A DNA stretch of 63,642 nt, filler included, from Choristocarpus tenellus KU-1152 (GCA_964200185.2; 13 parts of 13 records of this genome joined end to end with filler, not necessarily neighbours in it); one strand, 5' to 3'. Counted from the first letter of the whole stretch, positions 23,635-37,711 are shown. The notes: generated by a model not told the origin, from the sequence alone. Made by a program: numbers and translations.

Positions 23635-26600
23635 GTGCTTCTTGTGGCAGATCGTCCTGGGCAAGAGGAGGTCTCAATATTCCGCCTAGAAGGGGACCAA
23701 TTCGTTGTTGAACACTGCCTGAATGGTTTCCATGCCCTAGAGAGGATGGCCACCGAGTGCTACACTGCTGTCCTCATTGACTACGATGCCCTTGTATTAA
23801 ATGCAATTCAGGTAAGCCATACCTAGGTTAGTGTGTCAAGAATGATAGTGAATGGAGCAACAGTGTGTGTGGATATCTTGGGTATGCTAAATGTTGATGA
23901 CACCTGTAGCCACCAGAGACCATGCTTCTTGAAAGAAGAGAGGTAGACTGAATGAACTTCTAGGATGTGACAATGTTTGCTGCTTTGGACATTTCCTTCT
24001 GCAAATATTCATGAGCATTATACTATACTAGCATCACCTGCATGTGTGTGTTTTGCCAAACGGGTTGCTCAGATGTCTGTATCCTGAAGCAAACCATGAA
24101 AATCACTATTGCTGCCACCTCAATACTGTTCAGGTTTTGGCAAGACACAGGGACTGGGAAAAAACCAAGGGGTCTGGTCGAAGTCCAAGTGAAAGGCAGT
24201 TCATATGTGTGATGTTTCCCAGCAATCCTTCGGAGGTATTGAGAATATGTTGAAGAATTTCGAAGCTGTCTGAAACTACAAAGTAACAGTTACGTTCTAT
24301 GCCTTTGTAGATAAAATAAATACACAACAGATGTCCCCAAGGTCAATAGACTTTGTCTTATTGATCCACCTGTGATGTCATCTACTCTGTGTATCAAACA
24401 AAGACATCATGCAGACATAGGAGGACTGTGTCGTCTTTGTGTTCTTTCCCTGATCAGTCCAATAGAATTGAACTGATCGATCAGTGCCAGAGCCCTTGTA
24501 ATGAGTGATCATTGATTGCAGTTCTTGCTTACTGTGCATGTTTTCCTAGGTTCACCATGCAATAGATCTCAAAGAAATAGCTAAATGCTTGGTACTAAAC
24601 ATGCACAAAATGTAGTACTTGTTCTAGATAGTGGTGTTTGGGACCCCATAACCCCACCCATCATCTTAAGAGTCATTATCACGTTGGTGTTGGATCGTCC
24701 CAAACTAAGGTGGAATGCAACACGGTATTCAACCTAGGAGCAGACAGAATTTGGACAGAGCCACGGCTGCCCATGGCTGGGGAAGTAAACCAGTTGTTGC
24801 AGGGGAGTTTTCAGGGCGCAAATCAGTCAAGGTATGTCCATCTCAATGGACATGAATTGTCAAGACTGAGCACTGATCCTACATGTAACAAATCTATCCT
24901 CCAAGGCTTATTTTAACATTCCTCCTCATCCAAGACTTTGCCTGGACACTTGACACAGGGAACACAACCAGTTGAAAGCAAGGACACCAGTGGCACAGCA
25001 ATTGCCACTCCAGAAGAATGGGTGTGTCCTTCTCATTGAAGATGAGGCAAGAAATGCCTGAAATATTGTCTTGAAACAAAACTAGAAAGAACTGCCTCCC
25101 TGATTCATTTCACAGTCTCATAGTAGTAGAGGACATAATATATGGCATAATTTCCACAAGTGGTAATATATGGTATATACGATAAAGAAAAATCTCACTC
25201 AAACTCACCTCTTCACCCGACTATTACTACATGCCACCACTCACCTGTGACACGTGTCAGATCTCAATCCTTAAGTTTGAGAAGCGAATGTTCAAGATGC
25301 ATGGCTACAGAGTTGAAACTGCCACCAATGGGGTGAAAGGTCTAACGCTCATGAAGGTGATCAATTTGTATGTACCCTGGCTAAATTCATTTCATAACTG
25401 TTTACCCCCTCAAATACCCTTTCCTTTGGGTATTCTGAGAGTATACTTTGGGTAGTGCCCCCTTACTTCAAAGGGCACCTGCTGCACAAAAACGTTGCCA
25501 GTGCATAAGGACATGTCACACCTACAAGTCAAAGTATCTTAGGGTTAGGGTAGAGCCGCATCCATTTGGGGGCAAAAATCCAATGTTGTGATTTTGGTGT
25601 AATTTTGGCTATCGTGTTTGCAGGAAGTGTCAGTATCCATATTCTGGACACACCATTTCATGTTGCATATATTTTAGTTAATCCAAAATATTTAGGAGTA
25701 GAAGAGTGCCATTAAAAAAAACATGGGAAGCCAAGCCCCAAATGGACAAACAGGGCAAAACTCGCACCCTTTAAGATACTTTCACTCCTACATTTGTTTA
25801 TTTAACCCCTTTGGGTTGCCTGGCTTCTATAGCAACCTCTTCAGACTAGACACCTTGCAACTGTACATACTACACAAATAATACTGCCATATATTAAGAT
25901 GAGGAATTTGTTGAGAAGATTCCCTTGACTGCAGCCCTCCTCTCCAACATGTCTTTCCAGCACAAGAGTGCAGTAAACCTGTCAAATAACCCCTGATCAA
26001 CCCAAAAATGGAGTCATCCTATCTTTCTAGGGTAGGTTGCCATTGAGCATTTGGTATTTGGACTCCTGTGACTACATTCTGGTATGTGTACTCCCAGCAC
26101 TCTGGAGGGCGATTCCATGCTCATGTGGGCAAGCATTCATCTCCTCTTCTACGACCATGGCCTTGTACAGAGAGTTTGCTGCATTTCAGGAATGGCAAAA
26201 AGCGGTATAAGGCAGAAGATGTACAAGGCCTTGAATGTTCAAAAGGATCTAAATTTACCCCCCTCTAAGAAAGGATGACTCACAGTCACTTATCCCTCAT
26301 TTTGTATCCCCGATCTCCTTCGGTGACATCATGTGGCATCATGAACCCATTTCAGTGCTGAGAATAATGAACAGCCCATATTCTTCCTCACAGTGTGCAT
26401 TCAAAGTGCCCCCCTCCCAACGGTTGGTCACAGCACCCCCTAATCACCTTGAACTTAGAACTTTGTTACTGCACATTTGTCACTCACAGTGGAAAAGAAT
26501 GCCCTTACTGCACATACTATGGTGTGACATGGTAATGATGCCACATGACTGCCGCAGCAAAAGCATTGAAGTGCACAACATTTACCTCTTTTTCAACTCT

Positions 26601-27917
26601 CCCTTGCCATTGGCTTTGCTACATTTGCTCCCGCTGTTTTCATAATCATGGTCAAAAAAGAAGTTCCATCTTCAAACCCTACCCAGTATGATAAAATTTT
26701 CAACTGACCGTCAGAACGCACCTTTTAACATAATGATACGCCAGGGGAAGCATTTCACAGCAGTTTTTACAGATGTATTGATGCCTTTGATGGATGGGTA
26801 CGAGACTGTAAGGCGTTTTCGCTTGTGGGAAAAGGAGCAAATCGTGCTAGGCAAACGATCACATCAGCCTGTATATGCTGTTTCTGCAAGCACCTCCGAA
26901 CAAGATCATGAGATGGCTCGAAGGTGAGAGCAGACCTCAGGTCCTGAAATCCCTTGGATCCAAGATATACCAAGTGGTATCGATTGAGTTGAACATTCAA
27001 GAAACATGTGACTCTCCGGTGTTCAGATCCATTTGTACCATGTACAGAGTGCACACCATTCAGGTATCACTTGGGGGACAATAAAATAGTATAATAGGTG
27101 AAGTATATCATTACCAGTGCAAGACCATGTTGATACGCGTGTCTTGGAGTCTCCTCTTCTTCACCTTAAATGTCGTTGGTTCCAAACTGCAAAAATGATG
27201 TATCAATTTGTCCATGAGTGGGGAGTTAATACTTGTATGGCACCCTGAGTCAAACCAACTGAGAGGTGTAGGTGGGGTCGCATTTTCACGATTTCGAGAA
27301 AAGTCATTTTTTTCCCCCAATTTTTACAATTGCAGGAAGAGCCGTCATTGAATTGTGGCGTCACTTTGTGTGTGGAAAGGGGGGAAATCCGTTTTGTGTA
27401 CACTATTGTGCATATACAGCAATGAAGTATAGTGTATTGCATAGGATAAATACGATGGACTAGAATACAAAAAAGGGTCAAAACCTGCCTACCTCTCAAT
27501 TGGTTTGACTCTCCTATGTTCCTAGTCCCTCTATTAGATGTTTATATTACACCAGTCCTGACTCTGGGCGATGACACTCCCCAGAGTCCATGTTGGGGGA
27601 GCATCAAGGTATTTCATCATGCTCTCAATTTTCTGTTGATGGCTTCTGTGGCACCAGTCAGACCTTACTCATTTCATTGTCAATCTCTACGACCTGTGTA
27701 TGCCTGCAGGGTGGGTATGGATGGTTTTGTCGCCAAGCCCGTTAAAGTGAAGGAGCTAGTCAACCTCCTGACATCAAGCTGTTGCGGAAGTTTGGCAAAT
27801 GCATCGCATCTAGGACCTGTTGACTGCAAAGCAGAACCGCAGTCAACCCATTCTTCAGGAGCAAAACAGAAAGTCCCTGCTTGTGATGATTCTTCTGGGT
27901 GTAGTGGTTCATTGTAG
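23635..27917 (+). CDS. Two-component signalling protein C-terminus with two receiver (REC) domains (exons 23635-23811, 24134-24235, 24710-24831, 24959-25046, 25261-25356, 26745-26923, 27710-27917)
   Basis: REC2 is canonical: VLLIEDE|ISILK...GYRVETATNG...VFTDVLMPLMDGYE...VYAVSAS...GMDGFVAKPV. REC1 is atypical: VLLVAD...NGFHALE...VLIDYD...LGADRIWTEP. Phases are consistent, with one GC donor at 25047. The 5' end is lost at the spacer. Confidence 0.85.
25526..25787. mobile_element. MITE family A copy in an intron of the REC gene
   Basis: TIRs, TSD ctac/ctac, and ttagggttaggg inside the left TIR. Confidence 0.9.
27247..27511. mobile_element. MITE family D copy in an intron
   Basis: TIR gagtcaaaccaactgagaggt / acctctcaattggtttgactc; flanks ccct/tcct. 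Confidence 0.85.
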
Positions 27918-29571
27918 ATTTTTTATACTTAAGAGAGGACTGTGAGGAGAGCAGTCGAGTTGTCTGCTGAATTGGTACATTGCAGCTTCTGAGAAACTGA
28001 ATAGAGCCAAAGTATCCTAGACTGGTTTGATTCTGTGCATTTTGACCATAAGAGGGCTTGTAAAATGTTGTGTCTGACACTAAACTTCCATGGTCCAAAT
28101 GCAGGCAACCTCCATCAAGAGTCTGTGGATGTAGAAGGAGTGTCCTTTCACCTCTACACTATCCTGCACATCATATCACCAAATTCATAAGACAGTCAGT
28201 CACCATAGACCCTTGCGATCAATGAGATCCCCCCTATGGTAGTTTAGCTCAGACTGGATACACAATTCAAAGCACAAGACCACCTTAACATCACACACGG
28301 CACACACTCCGTTCATCTTTTGTAATAGGGTTTGGCAAATCTAAGGCTCAGCATGAAACTTACTTAGCTGTTTCTCTCTCTGCAGCACCATCCTCGTATT
28401 GAAACAGCAGTATCACCTTTTATCTGGGGCTAGCTAGCATTCAACATTGACTATAGGATGTAATATGTACTGGGTATTGTGACATGATTGAGGTGTACCT
28501 GATAACAGACTGATATGCTTGAAGGAGATAAGATGGCATATTGTATTTACCATCATGTGTTGGGCGTCCATGTTGCAGATATACCTATATGGGGATCCTT
28601 CTTGTTGAGGAAATTACACGGGTTTTTATGCAGAAACACCACCTCTACTCTGTGTCAAGGGTCTACACTTTTTAGGATGAGTTTTTCCTTTGCCTAGAAA
28701 CAGGGGACTAAAGAGGTTATAGTCCCCAGTTCTCTCGGGCTATATTGCAAGGAGATAGCAGGCGAAGATGAAGCCAGATAGGAAGAGGATTTGGGATAGT
28801 ACCTCCATCCTCTCTGCAAATACTAAAGTGAAGTGGAAGCCTCAAGAAAGCACATTTGTAATATAAATTAACATCGCTCTCTAGATCTCAAGAATTTGAA
28901 GCATGAATATGATGTAGGAGTGCATTTCATGGGTAAAAGGGTATGCCATGTATCTTGGTTAAAGAAAGAAACAACAAATGGACCTTTTTCAGTCCTATCT
29001 CTCCTGAACTCTATGGTCCTTGTCCCACCACTCTAAGGGATAGATAGGGCTTGCTACCTTGTTGTGTATATTCTTGACTTATCGGTTTCCTCTTGTCTCA
29101 GATTACTTAACTCCTTGTTCTTTCTGTTTCACCTTTTTTTATCAAGAAAATAGGTTAAAAATGTCCGTACCAATGACAAACTTCCACACACACTTGTGCA
29201 GCATGCCAGAAGACAAGCAGAGTAGGTTGGTTGGTGCAGTAACTTTAGGATTTGTTCAAAAGTCCTCACTCATCTCACTCCACAAATCAGACCTCTCCAA
29301 GAAGTTTTTCACCTCAGGCCTGGTTTTGTGCCTCAATGGATGGCTAGGGACTGACTGGCGTCCTGTGTGATAGCCTACTGGTGTGCCATTGAAATGACCA
29401 GGAATAGATGAAAGAAAAGTTTTGGACCCAATCGGTTGTTTTGTCTATGCCTGTGTGTGCACACCTCTGTATGCTACTTTAGCAGCAAGGTTCATGCCAT
29501 TTGTTTTGCCTATTGTTGTACTGGTAAAACGGTCAGTAAAAGATTTTTGAATCTTAACAGCAGTCATTTCT

Positions 29572-29746
29572 GGCTCAAAGTATCTGGGGGGGGGGGGGTC
29601 TACACTAGGGTGTCCATTTGGGCCCTGATCAGGAAAAGTGCACTTACATTATCCATCCGACACATGCAACCAAATCACCCAAAAACTGCGACATGAAAAA
29701 ATGGACCCCAAATGGACAGTCGCCACACCCCCGGACACTTTGAGCC
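29572..29746. mobile_element. MITE family B copy
   Basis: ggctcaaagtatctgggg...cactttgagcc; flanks ttct/ttcc. Confidence 0.9.
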
Positions 29747-29968
29747 TTCCTTGAACACACCTGTGCATACGCACACAGCACCAAAAGAGCACACGATGCA
29801 AACTGTTTTGAGTAGAAAGCAGCATCTACTACTACAGGGAAAAGTGCGTGCAAACAGAGTGATACCTGAGAAAGAGCTGGAAAGGGCAAGAAACGCTGCG
29901 TAGCAAACGATTGTATCATTACATCCCTTACTACTTCTAGTTCAACATGATACTACACATTTATGATT

Positions 29969-30148
29969 GGGACAAAGTATCTTGGGGGTGGGTAGCAGCT
30001 GTCCATTTGGGCCAATTTTTTCATGTCGTGATTTTTGGGTGATTTGGTTGCATACGTCGGATGGATAATGTAAGTGCACTTCTCCTGGTTATGACCCAAA
30101 TGGGTGCCCTGGTATAGACCCTCCCCCCCCCCCCAGATACTTTGGGTC
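29969..30148. mobile_element. MITE family B copy, inverted relative to the 29572 copy
   Basis: Same internal sequence (gtgatttggttgcat...ggatggataatgtaagtgcac) in the opposite orientation. Confidence 0.9.
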
Positions 30149-31071
30149 ATTCTACTGGCCTGGGTGCTCTTCCCGTACCATGTCTACAACAATTTTATCT
30201 CATTTCTTGCTAAAAGAAAAGATAACTGGAATGACCCAACAGGATGATGCGTTACTAATACTGTCCACAATGTTGTTGGCTCAAGAGACTGACAGAGTCA
30301 TTCTTGCTTTGCTTCCTCTCTCACCTGTTCACAACCAACGTTGTGGAATATCTCCTTCTCTGTTGGACATACCTCACCTACTCCTCCGCATACTACATTT
30401 ACCCACTCTCTTTGCCTCTCCAGCGACAGGAGGATTGGATTTAGTTCCTTCCGAAAGTTGTTTATTCTCTCATAACAAGTGTTGCTCCACCTTATAGTTG
30501 ACACCCTCGAGATAACCAACCCCACTCCATCCTCTTCTTCTACTTGAGCCCCTTCTGGACTCGATTCAGCTACCCTGTGCTGCCCATGTTTCCTTTGACC
30601 TCAAGAGTTTTTGTTGTGGTTTGTCACACAAATCACAAATGCATTTCAGTAGCAACAGGATGTGTGAAGTGATATCAGGATCGAGAGAATAAAACACATT
30701 TCAAAATATGAAATACTAGGTTGGTACGTCCCTAGAGAGTCTCTCAGCTGTGCATACAGCTACCTCTTGCTTGGCCCTCTTAGGTTCCTATCATCAAACA
30801 ACTTGTGGGAACAAGGTAGAATAATATTCCCGTTCCTTCAATAAATTTCCAGGTGTATTGAAGTAGTAGTTTGCTATAATTTATGCAGCTAGGCGATGGG
30901 ATGCGGAGGCGAATGTCTCCAAGAGGGAGATAAGGAGGTATATCAAGTAGGCGGGGATCAAACCATATCGAAGAGTCATCAAGTCCTTCCCCTCTAACCA
31001 ACACAAGGTCGATGGGGTGACTTTAGCATGACCACATCCTACAAAAGGATGCGGGACACGTGTTTGACACC

Positions 31072-31334
31072 TAGTTAAAGTAAACGTGAGGTACCCTGGA
31101 TTTATTTCAAAAATGCTGACAAATAGGTGCAAATTTCGGCTTTTTGTTCAAATGTGTGTATAGAGGATTTTCAGAGTTCTGTGTCGATAATTTTCAACGA
31201 CAGAGATATCAACACTTTCAAGTCACTCTTAGGACTTCGTCCATAGAAGTAAGGGTGAATCGTAAAATATGAAAAAAAAGTGTTTTAAACTGCAAAACGC
31301 CCAAAACCTGGGTACCTCTCGTTTACTTTGGTTC
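31072..31334. mobile_element. MITE family C copy
   Basis: TIR aaagtaaacgtgaggtaccctgg / cctgggtacctctcgtttacttt. Homologues at 42663-42956 and 43485-43650. Confidence 0.8.
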
Positions 31335-31438
31335 GCCATGTTTGATCAAGTCCATCTAGACAAAAGTCGGTTTTGGTTTCCGATCGGAAATGGACTTAAC
31401 TCAGGCTCAGGGAGGCGCCACCTAAGTGTCCTCGTACC

Positions 31439-31657
31439 ATAAGCAAGCCACACGAGCTAAAAATAATGTTTCTGACTGCAAACACACGTCCCCATTTTTG
31501 GAGGACGTAAGTTGGTGAGATGAAAAGGGTAGACATTTGGCCACTGATAGAGCAACTTGCAGTTACACGATCATCCTACAATCGAGTCTGAGGTACCATA
31601 AAGACCAAAACTGTCAATATGACAGGTGATCTTTAACAAAAATTGCTTAGGAACAAA
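31439..31657 (+). pseudogene. Tc1/mariner (plant/oomycete DD39D-type) transposase remnant
   Basis: SKPHELKIMFLTANTRPHF...VDIWPLIEQLAVTRSSYNRV*GTIKTKTVNMT matches KVMFL.AVARPRF...IGIWPF.E...A.RSS.NR..GT..TK. In-frame stops are present. Confidence 0.8.
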
Positions 31658-33849
31658 GAGGATATGCAGAGAATAGTGCATAAAGATTGGTCCTTGGTGG
31701 CCAAGAGAATGAACAGCCGATTTCAAAAATTGAGGATGGAGCTTTTCATTGAGGATGGGCTTGACCCAAAATTGACTGGGATAAAGTGTCGATATGTTTT
31801 CTTTTTAAAATCTGATTAGGCTGTTAATGGCGTTACTGTGGACTGGGGAGTGAGAAGAGCCTAGAGCTTGGGGTGCACTATATTGTTTTTCACCAAAATG
31901 TTTAACAGAGCTTATTGATATCATGTACACACATCCTGCATCCTCAGGTTTTCATAAACCTAGGGTGTGGCGAACTAGGCTACAAAAACATATGCGTGTT
32001 TGTTCTACAGAAACAGAGGGAGTAATAATAAAAATACTGAACATAGTGTGTCGAAATATATGCCTCATCAATACGGGGGTATGTACTATATTGAAGTATT
32101 AATGGTGTACACTAAATCACTCAACAAACTATTGAATATTACTCGAGTAAAAATTAATCTGATGCTACATTCTGGAAAAAGGGAAAGAGATAGCGATCGT
32201 TATACAAAAAGAAGTAGGATGGCCACAGCAATGGTTGAAGTCAGTAAGTCAGGTGGAGGTACATAATTTTGCTCTTAAGAAATATACGAGTATGTAAGGT
32301 CCTCCACGAGAGGCCCCTTTCTTTCTGAACAAGAGGGATGTAAGATTAGAACAAAGGGAGGCTCTATGACAGTAGTCGCCACATGGCCAAGAATTGTTTA
32401 TCTTGTCTGATAGTTTTACTGCACTCCTCCCCTCCTCCTCCTGGTGATAGAATATGGATCTATTAATGGTGGACAATCCCAACCCCTGCAGTATACTCCC
32501 AATAATACTATGTAGTACTGGGTCAAAGTATCTGAGGGGGGGGGGGGGGGGTTTGTGAGGGGGCGTCCATTTCGGTCAAACAACTCTTTTTTTTNNNNNN
32601 NNNNNNNNNNNNNNNNNNNNNNNNNNNNNNNNNNNNNNTTAATTAATTAANNNNNNNNNNNNNNNNNNNNNNNNNNNNNNNNNNNNNNNNNNNNATTTTT
32701 TTTTATCATGTTCTGTTAGTTGTACAACAGCCATAGCCATAACCCCCCAGTTGAAGGTCTTGGAGTTGGTCTTGACCCTTAATCGTCACGCCGTTGCTTC
32801 AATCCCAAAAATGAACGTCCTCTAAGGAATTGCAAAAAAAAAAAGAACTTATGGTTAAGCAGTACCAAAAGCATTCTGTTTGTGTGTGATTCTTGAAAAT
32901 AGGAAGCACAGTAATCCTGTCCTAGGCTTGAAAAAATGTGTTGGCATTTTGTGACACTTTTTAGATCAAGCCCCTGTCCCTTCAGGCAGTACCAGAAGAA
33001 GACAAAAAAAAAACACACCCATCTGCAAGAAGGCTACCATACACGCAACTACTGCTATATGCTTCTGTGTCCTCGAGTTGGATGTTTACATGTACGTCCT
33101 CTACAACGCCCTTGAGCTAAATATGTGTATGATCTACACATGTTGTACCCCCCAGATAGGTAATAGAAGGAAACTTTGGTAATGAGACCATGACCCACAG
33201 CCCCAGCACACACACCCCACTTGCCACCATCACATGAAACCACCCATAAGCAACAACGCAAACACTGCCAAGTTCTAGTACCTCTGCACCTACGATGTCA
33301 AATATGAGTAAACCTCTTGTGGGACCAGTCCTACATTTGGTCATTTCACTGCCTTCACTCTACCCTTGGAACCAGCCTGAGCTGTGGTTAGACCCACTAC
33401 ACACTGACCTACTTCTCGTACTAGCTGCTGCACTAGATCAAATAGTGAGATCACTACGACCACCTCCTCCCTCGAACCTTGCAGGGTACTCAACTCGGTG
33501 ACACTCTGCGATGAAGCCCTACCACCTAGTTTCAGTTCCCCGCATTCCTGTGGCATAATTATACCTAGGATAGCACAGGCGTACACCCCACAGTCCTTGT
33601 CGCATTGGACTTTGAAAGATCAAAAACCAGACTTTTCAGAATAAGTGGTACTGAGTTGACTGAGCTAGAACAAGCGCATTTCGATAAGTCATGGTTATCG
33701 TTGTAGTATGACAAGACCTCCTAGTATAGGTGGATCTTCAGGTAAAACCAGCATTATGAACCTCACCAAAGATCATTCCCGATGTTCCCAACAGAGTCAT
33801 GAACTTCTTTATGGCGGTGGCTGTGAGCCCAAGTGGCAAGAACTGCCCA

Positions 33850-35000
33850 AAGAGGTGATGCTCTAAAAGAGATTCTCCACAAGAACCAACAGGTTGCATG
33901 CGAGTTGAGCAGACCGAAGCCGGACAAAGAACCCCTTCCTATACTGGGTAATCCCACGAGGTGATCCAGTAGCAGGGGCGGAGTAGGCAAATACAACATG
34001 AAAACAATTCGCTGCTGATGCATGCCCAGGGCTCAAGATTGCTATCAACCATTGCCCAGTAGTTTCCAACACCCAACACCAAAGCAGAGTAACACATCTG
34101 AATTGGTACCTGCACATCTTGCAGAGCATTGCCAGAACTTGTTCTACACACACCCAAGTGTTCACAGCTACCCGCCTGTGCCCCGCTCTCATCAGGACAA
34201 GCCCTAACCTTTCCTAGAAAAAAAAAGAGCCGCTAAACACGCCACACACACAAGGAGGGGCTGCAGGAAGAGATCCCCGTGGCGCTCAATGTGGTGAAAC
34301 TCATAGGAGGTAGTGGACTCAGGGGCAGTCAATCACCTCCTGGATACCATGCTCCGTGATCCACCACCAGTTCCATCCTTCCTATACCCCGTAGTGGAAG
34401 AGCTCCAAGCACAAACCACGCACAGGCTGTGAGTGCACAAAATGCAACCAAATGCCCACAAGCTGCTCCCACAGAGACTTGTGCTTTCACAAACGAGACC
34501 ATCCCCCATCAACCCCACAGTGCCTTCAGCCCAAGAAGGGTCTAGCTGTACAACTTGGAAATTGGTGCACTCTGGAGTGCAGAGCATTCATTCCTCTACC
34601 CTTAAACAATCCTCAAGGTCTAGACGCTGAAGCTCATGGAAAGCACCTACCTCTCACTAGACACACCACCACTACAGCTGCATCCGACCTTTCAAATGGA
34701 CAACTCGCCCTCCGACTGGCAACGTTTGCCTAGCAGGATAAGATCAACATTGTCACCATTCTCTTAACTACAACCAGATTGGCATCAGGTGAGATACAGT
34801 TTTCTCAATGGCATGCCCCTCTATCCACGATATGTAAGTGTTGGCGTGGCTGGGGGGAAAATGCTGCACACCAACAAAGACTCCCAGAGTTCCGCAATCC
34901 CAATAGAGTGGAACTGGAACACCTTACCGAGAGGCGTAGAGCGCATCAGATTCAACCACACGTCAGACACACAACGTGGTTGTCATCTCAACACAGAAAA
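33850..35000 (+). pseudogene. Possible decayed non-LTR retrotransposon C-terminus
   Basis: Frameshifted LNW(V)PAH (RNase H-like) near 34098, and TRLASG...STICKC...ENAAH...PEF resembling a C-terminal zinc knuckle near 34775-34900. Confidence 0.35.
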
Positions 35001-35360
35001 GACACTCGAGCTCTCCACTCAACCTTGCCCGGCACCAGTACCAAACAGCAAACTCGCCTTAACCGCCTCCCAACCCCCCATGCTCAACTCAAGTCTCCCT
35101 CACTATATACCCCCCACCACAGTGTAAGCACAATGTTAATGAAGTATTTTTTATTATTTATTACTCAAGAATGTGAGACAATCTCTAGACTCGAAACGCC
35201 TCAACCCTACTCACACAGGTGAGACAACAAACTTGAACAAACAGAATTTACACACACACACATATATATAAACCCTAACCCTAACCCCAACCCCAAACAT
35301 GACACTAGGATAACAAACTAGACTAATGCTCAAGCAATATTCATAGGATTTTCCTCTCAC

Positions 35361-35728
35361 CTTTCTCACGGTTTCCCTTCCTCTGCACTTTAATGCTCTA
35401 TTCCTCCCATCCTGTCGCCCGCCTCCCCCTCCCCTCCTAGCCTCACCTTCACCCCCACCCCCCTGCCCCTGCCCCTGCCCCTGCCCCTGCCCCTCCGCCT
35501 CCCTGGCAGTGCTGATGCCCATTCCCTGACCCTCTTCACCCCTCCCATCATCCACACCACCCACATCTATAGGCTGGCTCAACAAGGCCTCTTCAGGCTG
35601 GTGGACAGCCTGGTCCTGCTCCACTGGGTTAATCAGCTCAAGGAGCTCCTTGCCGTTCTCTTGCTCAAGCATATACTTCCGTAGTGGAGAACTTATAGAC
35701 CTCTGTTTTGGCCAGGAAGACACCATTA
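35361..35728 (-). CDS. Isolated exon of an unknown protein with a Gly/Gln-rich tail
   Basis: ttgcag acceptor, open frame ...SPLRKYMLEQENGKELLELINPVEQ...GQGQGQ, and an aag|gtgag donor. Confidence 0.4.
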
Positions 35729-36252
35729 CTGCAACGAGTTCATAGGTGGGGGGGGGAAGCCAGTGAGTCAGGTGAGTTCAGAGGTAGGTGATTTATTGAT
35801 GGGTTAAGACAGTCCACTAGCCTCTTTTCAATTGGGTACATCTATGGTAAACATGCTTGCAAAAGTCACAATATGCCTCAAGAACTTAGAAATCGAATAT
35901 TTTGAAGTCCATTTGCCAGCATACACTGAACATTTACAATAAATCGAATGATATACTCTACACCTTCACAACTCCCCTCAGTCGCATTGCCTACTGAGGT
36001 AAGACCAAACTCACAAAACCTGATCAAACACAAAATGCCTCTCCAACCAAAATCACAACAGTTCACCCAATCTGACAGGTGTTACATCTTGCTTTGTAAG
36101 TGAGTGTCAAGGAAGGTCAATCAGTGCGCAGCATTCTGACTACTTCACAGATTTAGGCATCAATTCAACTCATTTACAGAGTATATCAAAAGTATTCACT
36201 ACTCAGGGAATCACACCAAACTCAAACATGCTGGTCCTCATTACATAAAACC

Positions 36253-36520
36253 CAGTCAAAGCACTTAAGAGGGTATGACTGTGTCCATTCAGGATCATAA
36301 ATCGAATGCTGCAATCTTGATGAATTTTGACTATTGTGTTTGTTAGCAAGTGTCAATATCCTTGCTCTGGATACACCTTTCATAGTTGTATACACTATTA
36401 GGTAACTAACTGTGTTCACACAAAAAAACGAAAAAAAAGGAGAATAAAAACAAATGTGGGAAGCCAAGCCCTGAAAAGACAAACAGAGCAAAACTCCTAC
36501 CCTCTTAAATGCTTTGGGTC
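36253..36520. mobile_element. Degenerate MITE family A copy
   Basis: cagtcaaagcacttaagagggt...gtgggaagccaagccc...accctcttaaatgctttgggtc. Confidence 0.7.
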
Positions 36521-36830
36521 ACTTGGAAAATATTATGGGCACCACAATAGTAGTACAACCCAGGCTAAAGTCTCAGCAAGAAGCAATAAGTGACTCACCC
36601 CCCCCCCCCCAACCCCCCCTCCACAACACATAAAAACCCACCCCCCCCCACCCACCCACACCCCCNNNNNNNNNNNNNNNNNNNNNNNNNNNNNNNNNNN
36701 NNNNNNNNNTTAATTAATTAANNNNNNNNNNNNNNNNNNNNNNNNNNNNNNNNNNNNNNNNNNNNGAAAACACTAATTTTCACTTGCAACGATTATTCTT
36801 TAATGTGATTGATATTTTGATAGATTTGAT

Positions 36831-37073
36831 GAGTGAAAATATCTTAGAGGGCACGAGTTTTGCCCTGTTTGTCCATTTGGGACTTGGCTTCCCGCAGTTT
36901 TTTTTAGTTACATTTTCCTACTCCAAAATGTTTCGGGATAGGCAAAAGGTGTGTCCGGAACAAATATATTTACATTTCCTAACAAACATGATCGCCAATA
37001 CTACATCGAAATCGCAACATTGGATTTTGGCCCCGAAATGGATGCGGTCCTAACCTCTAAGAAACTTTGGCTC
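36831..37073. mobile_element. MITE family A copy
   Basis: TIRs; flanks tgat/taat. Confidence 0.85.
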
Positions 37074-37711
37074 TAATGCTGTTACTAGTGTTGTGAATGG
37101 TGACAGTTTGATTAGTTGGATTATCCATATATAACTGAACTGAAGAAGTTCGGTTATTTGAGGGGTTTATTTGTTGCAATACAAGCAGAAAGGTGACCAC
37201 TGAACGTTTCAGAGGTCAGGAGAACACATTTTCTTGAAAAGGTGGAAGTATCCACAACTCACACACACTTCACTCACTGTTCATGGGTTGGGATCTGCGT
37301 AGTGAAACTTGGCGAGGACTTGGGAGTTTTTTCCTCAGGTCGCCTTGCACGCTGACATTTCAATCCGATAATCGGAACCTTTCTCTATACCAGGTCAAGT
37401 TAAGTTGTAGTCATATTTTTCATGTCATGAACACTAGTTGTTAGTAACAGTGTTTATAATTTTGGTGACACCATAGACTATTTCTAGTATGAGTAATATT
37501 TAATTAACATTTATGGTTCCAATTCTCCCTCCTTGATATTGATGAATCTACCCAAAATCGCCATTTCCGCCTGATCTAAAATGTCTCTAATAAAGTTTGT
37601 CGATTTGAATGTAGGAATAGGACCTTCACCTTGTCACTTACGTATAGTTCCAAATCCGTTGCAACTTTCGTAGATTATGTTCACTAGGATTGCTATAGTT
37701 AGATGTGTAAG

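Noticed and set aside
17721-27917. HSF gene plus receiver gene as a Skn7-like fusion or functional cluster
   Set aside because: They are on opposite strands and separated by an artificial spacer at 23401-23500, so linkage is unsupported.
28236-28275. tRNA or SINE-like A-box (tagctcagactgg)
   Set aside because: No B-box or cloverleaf follows.
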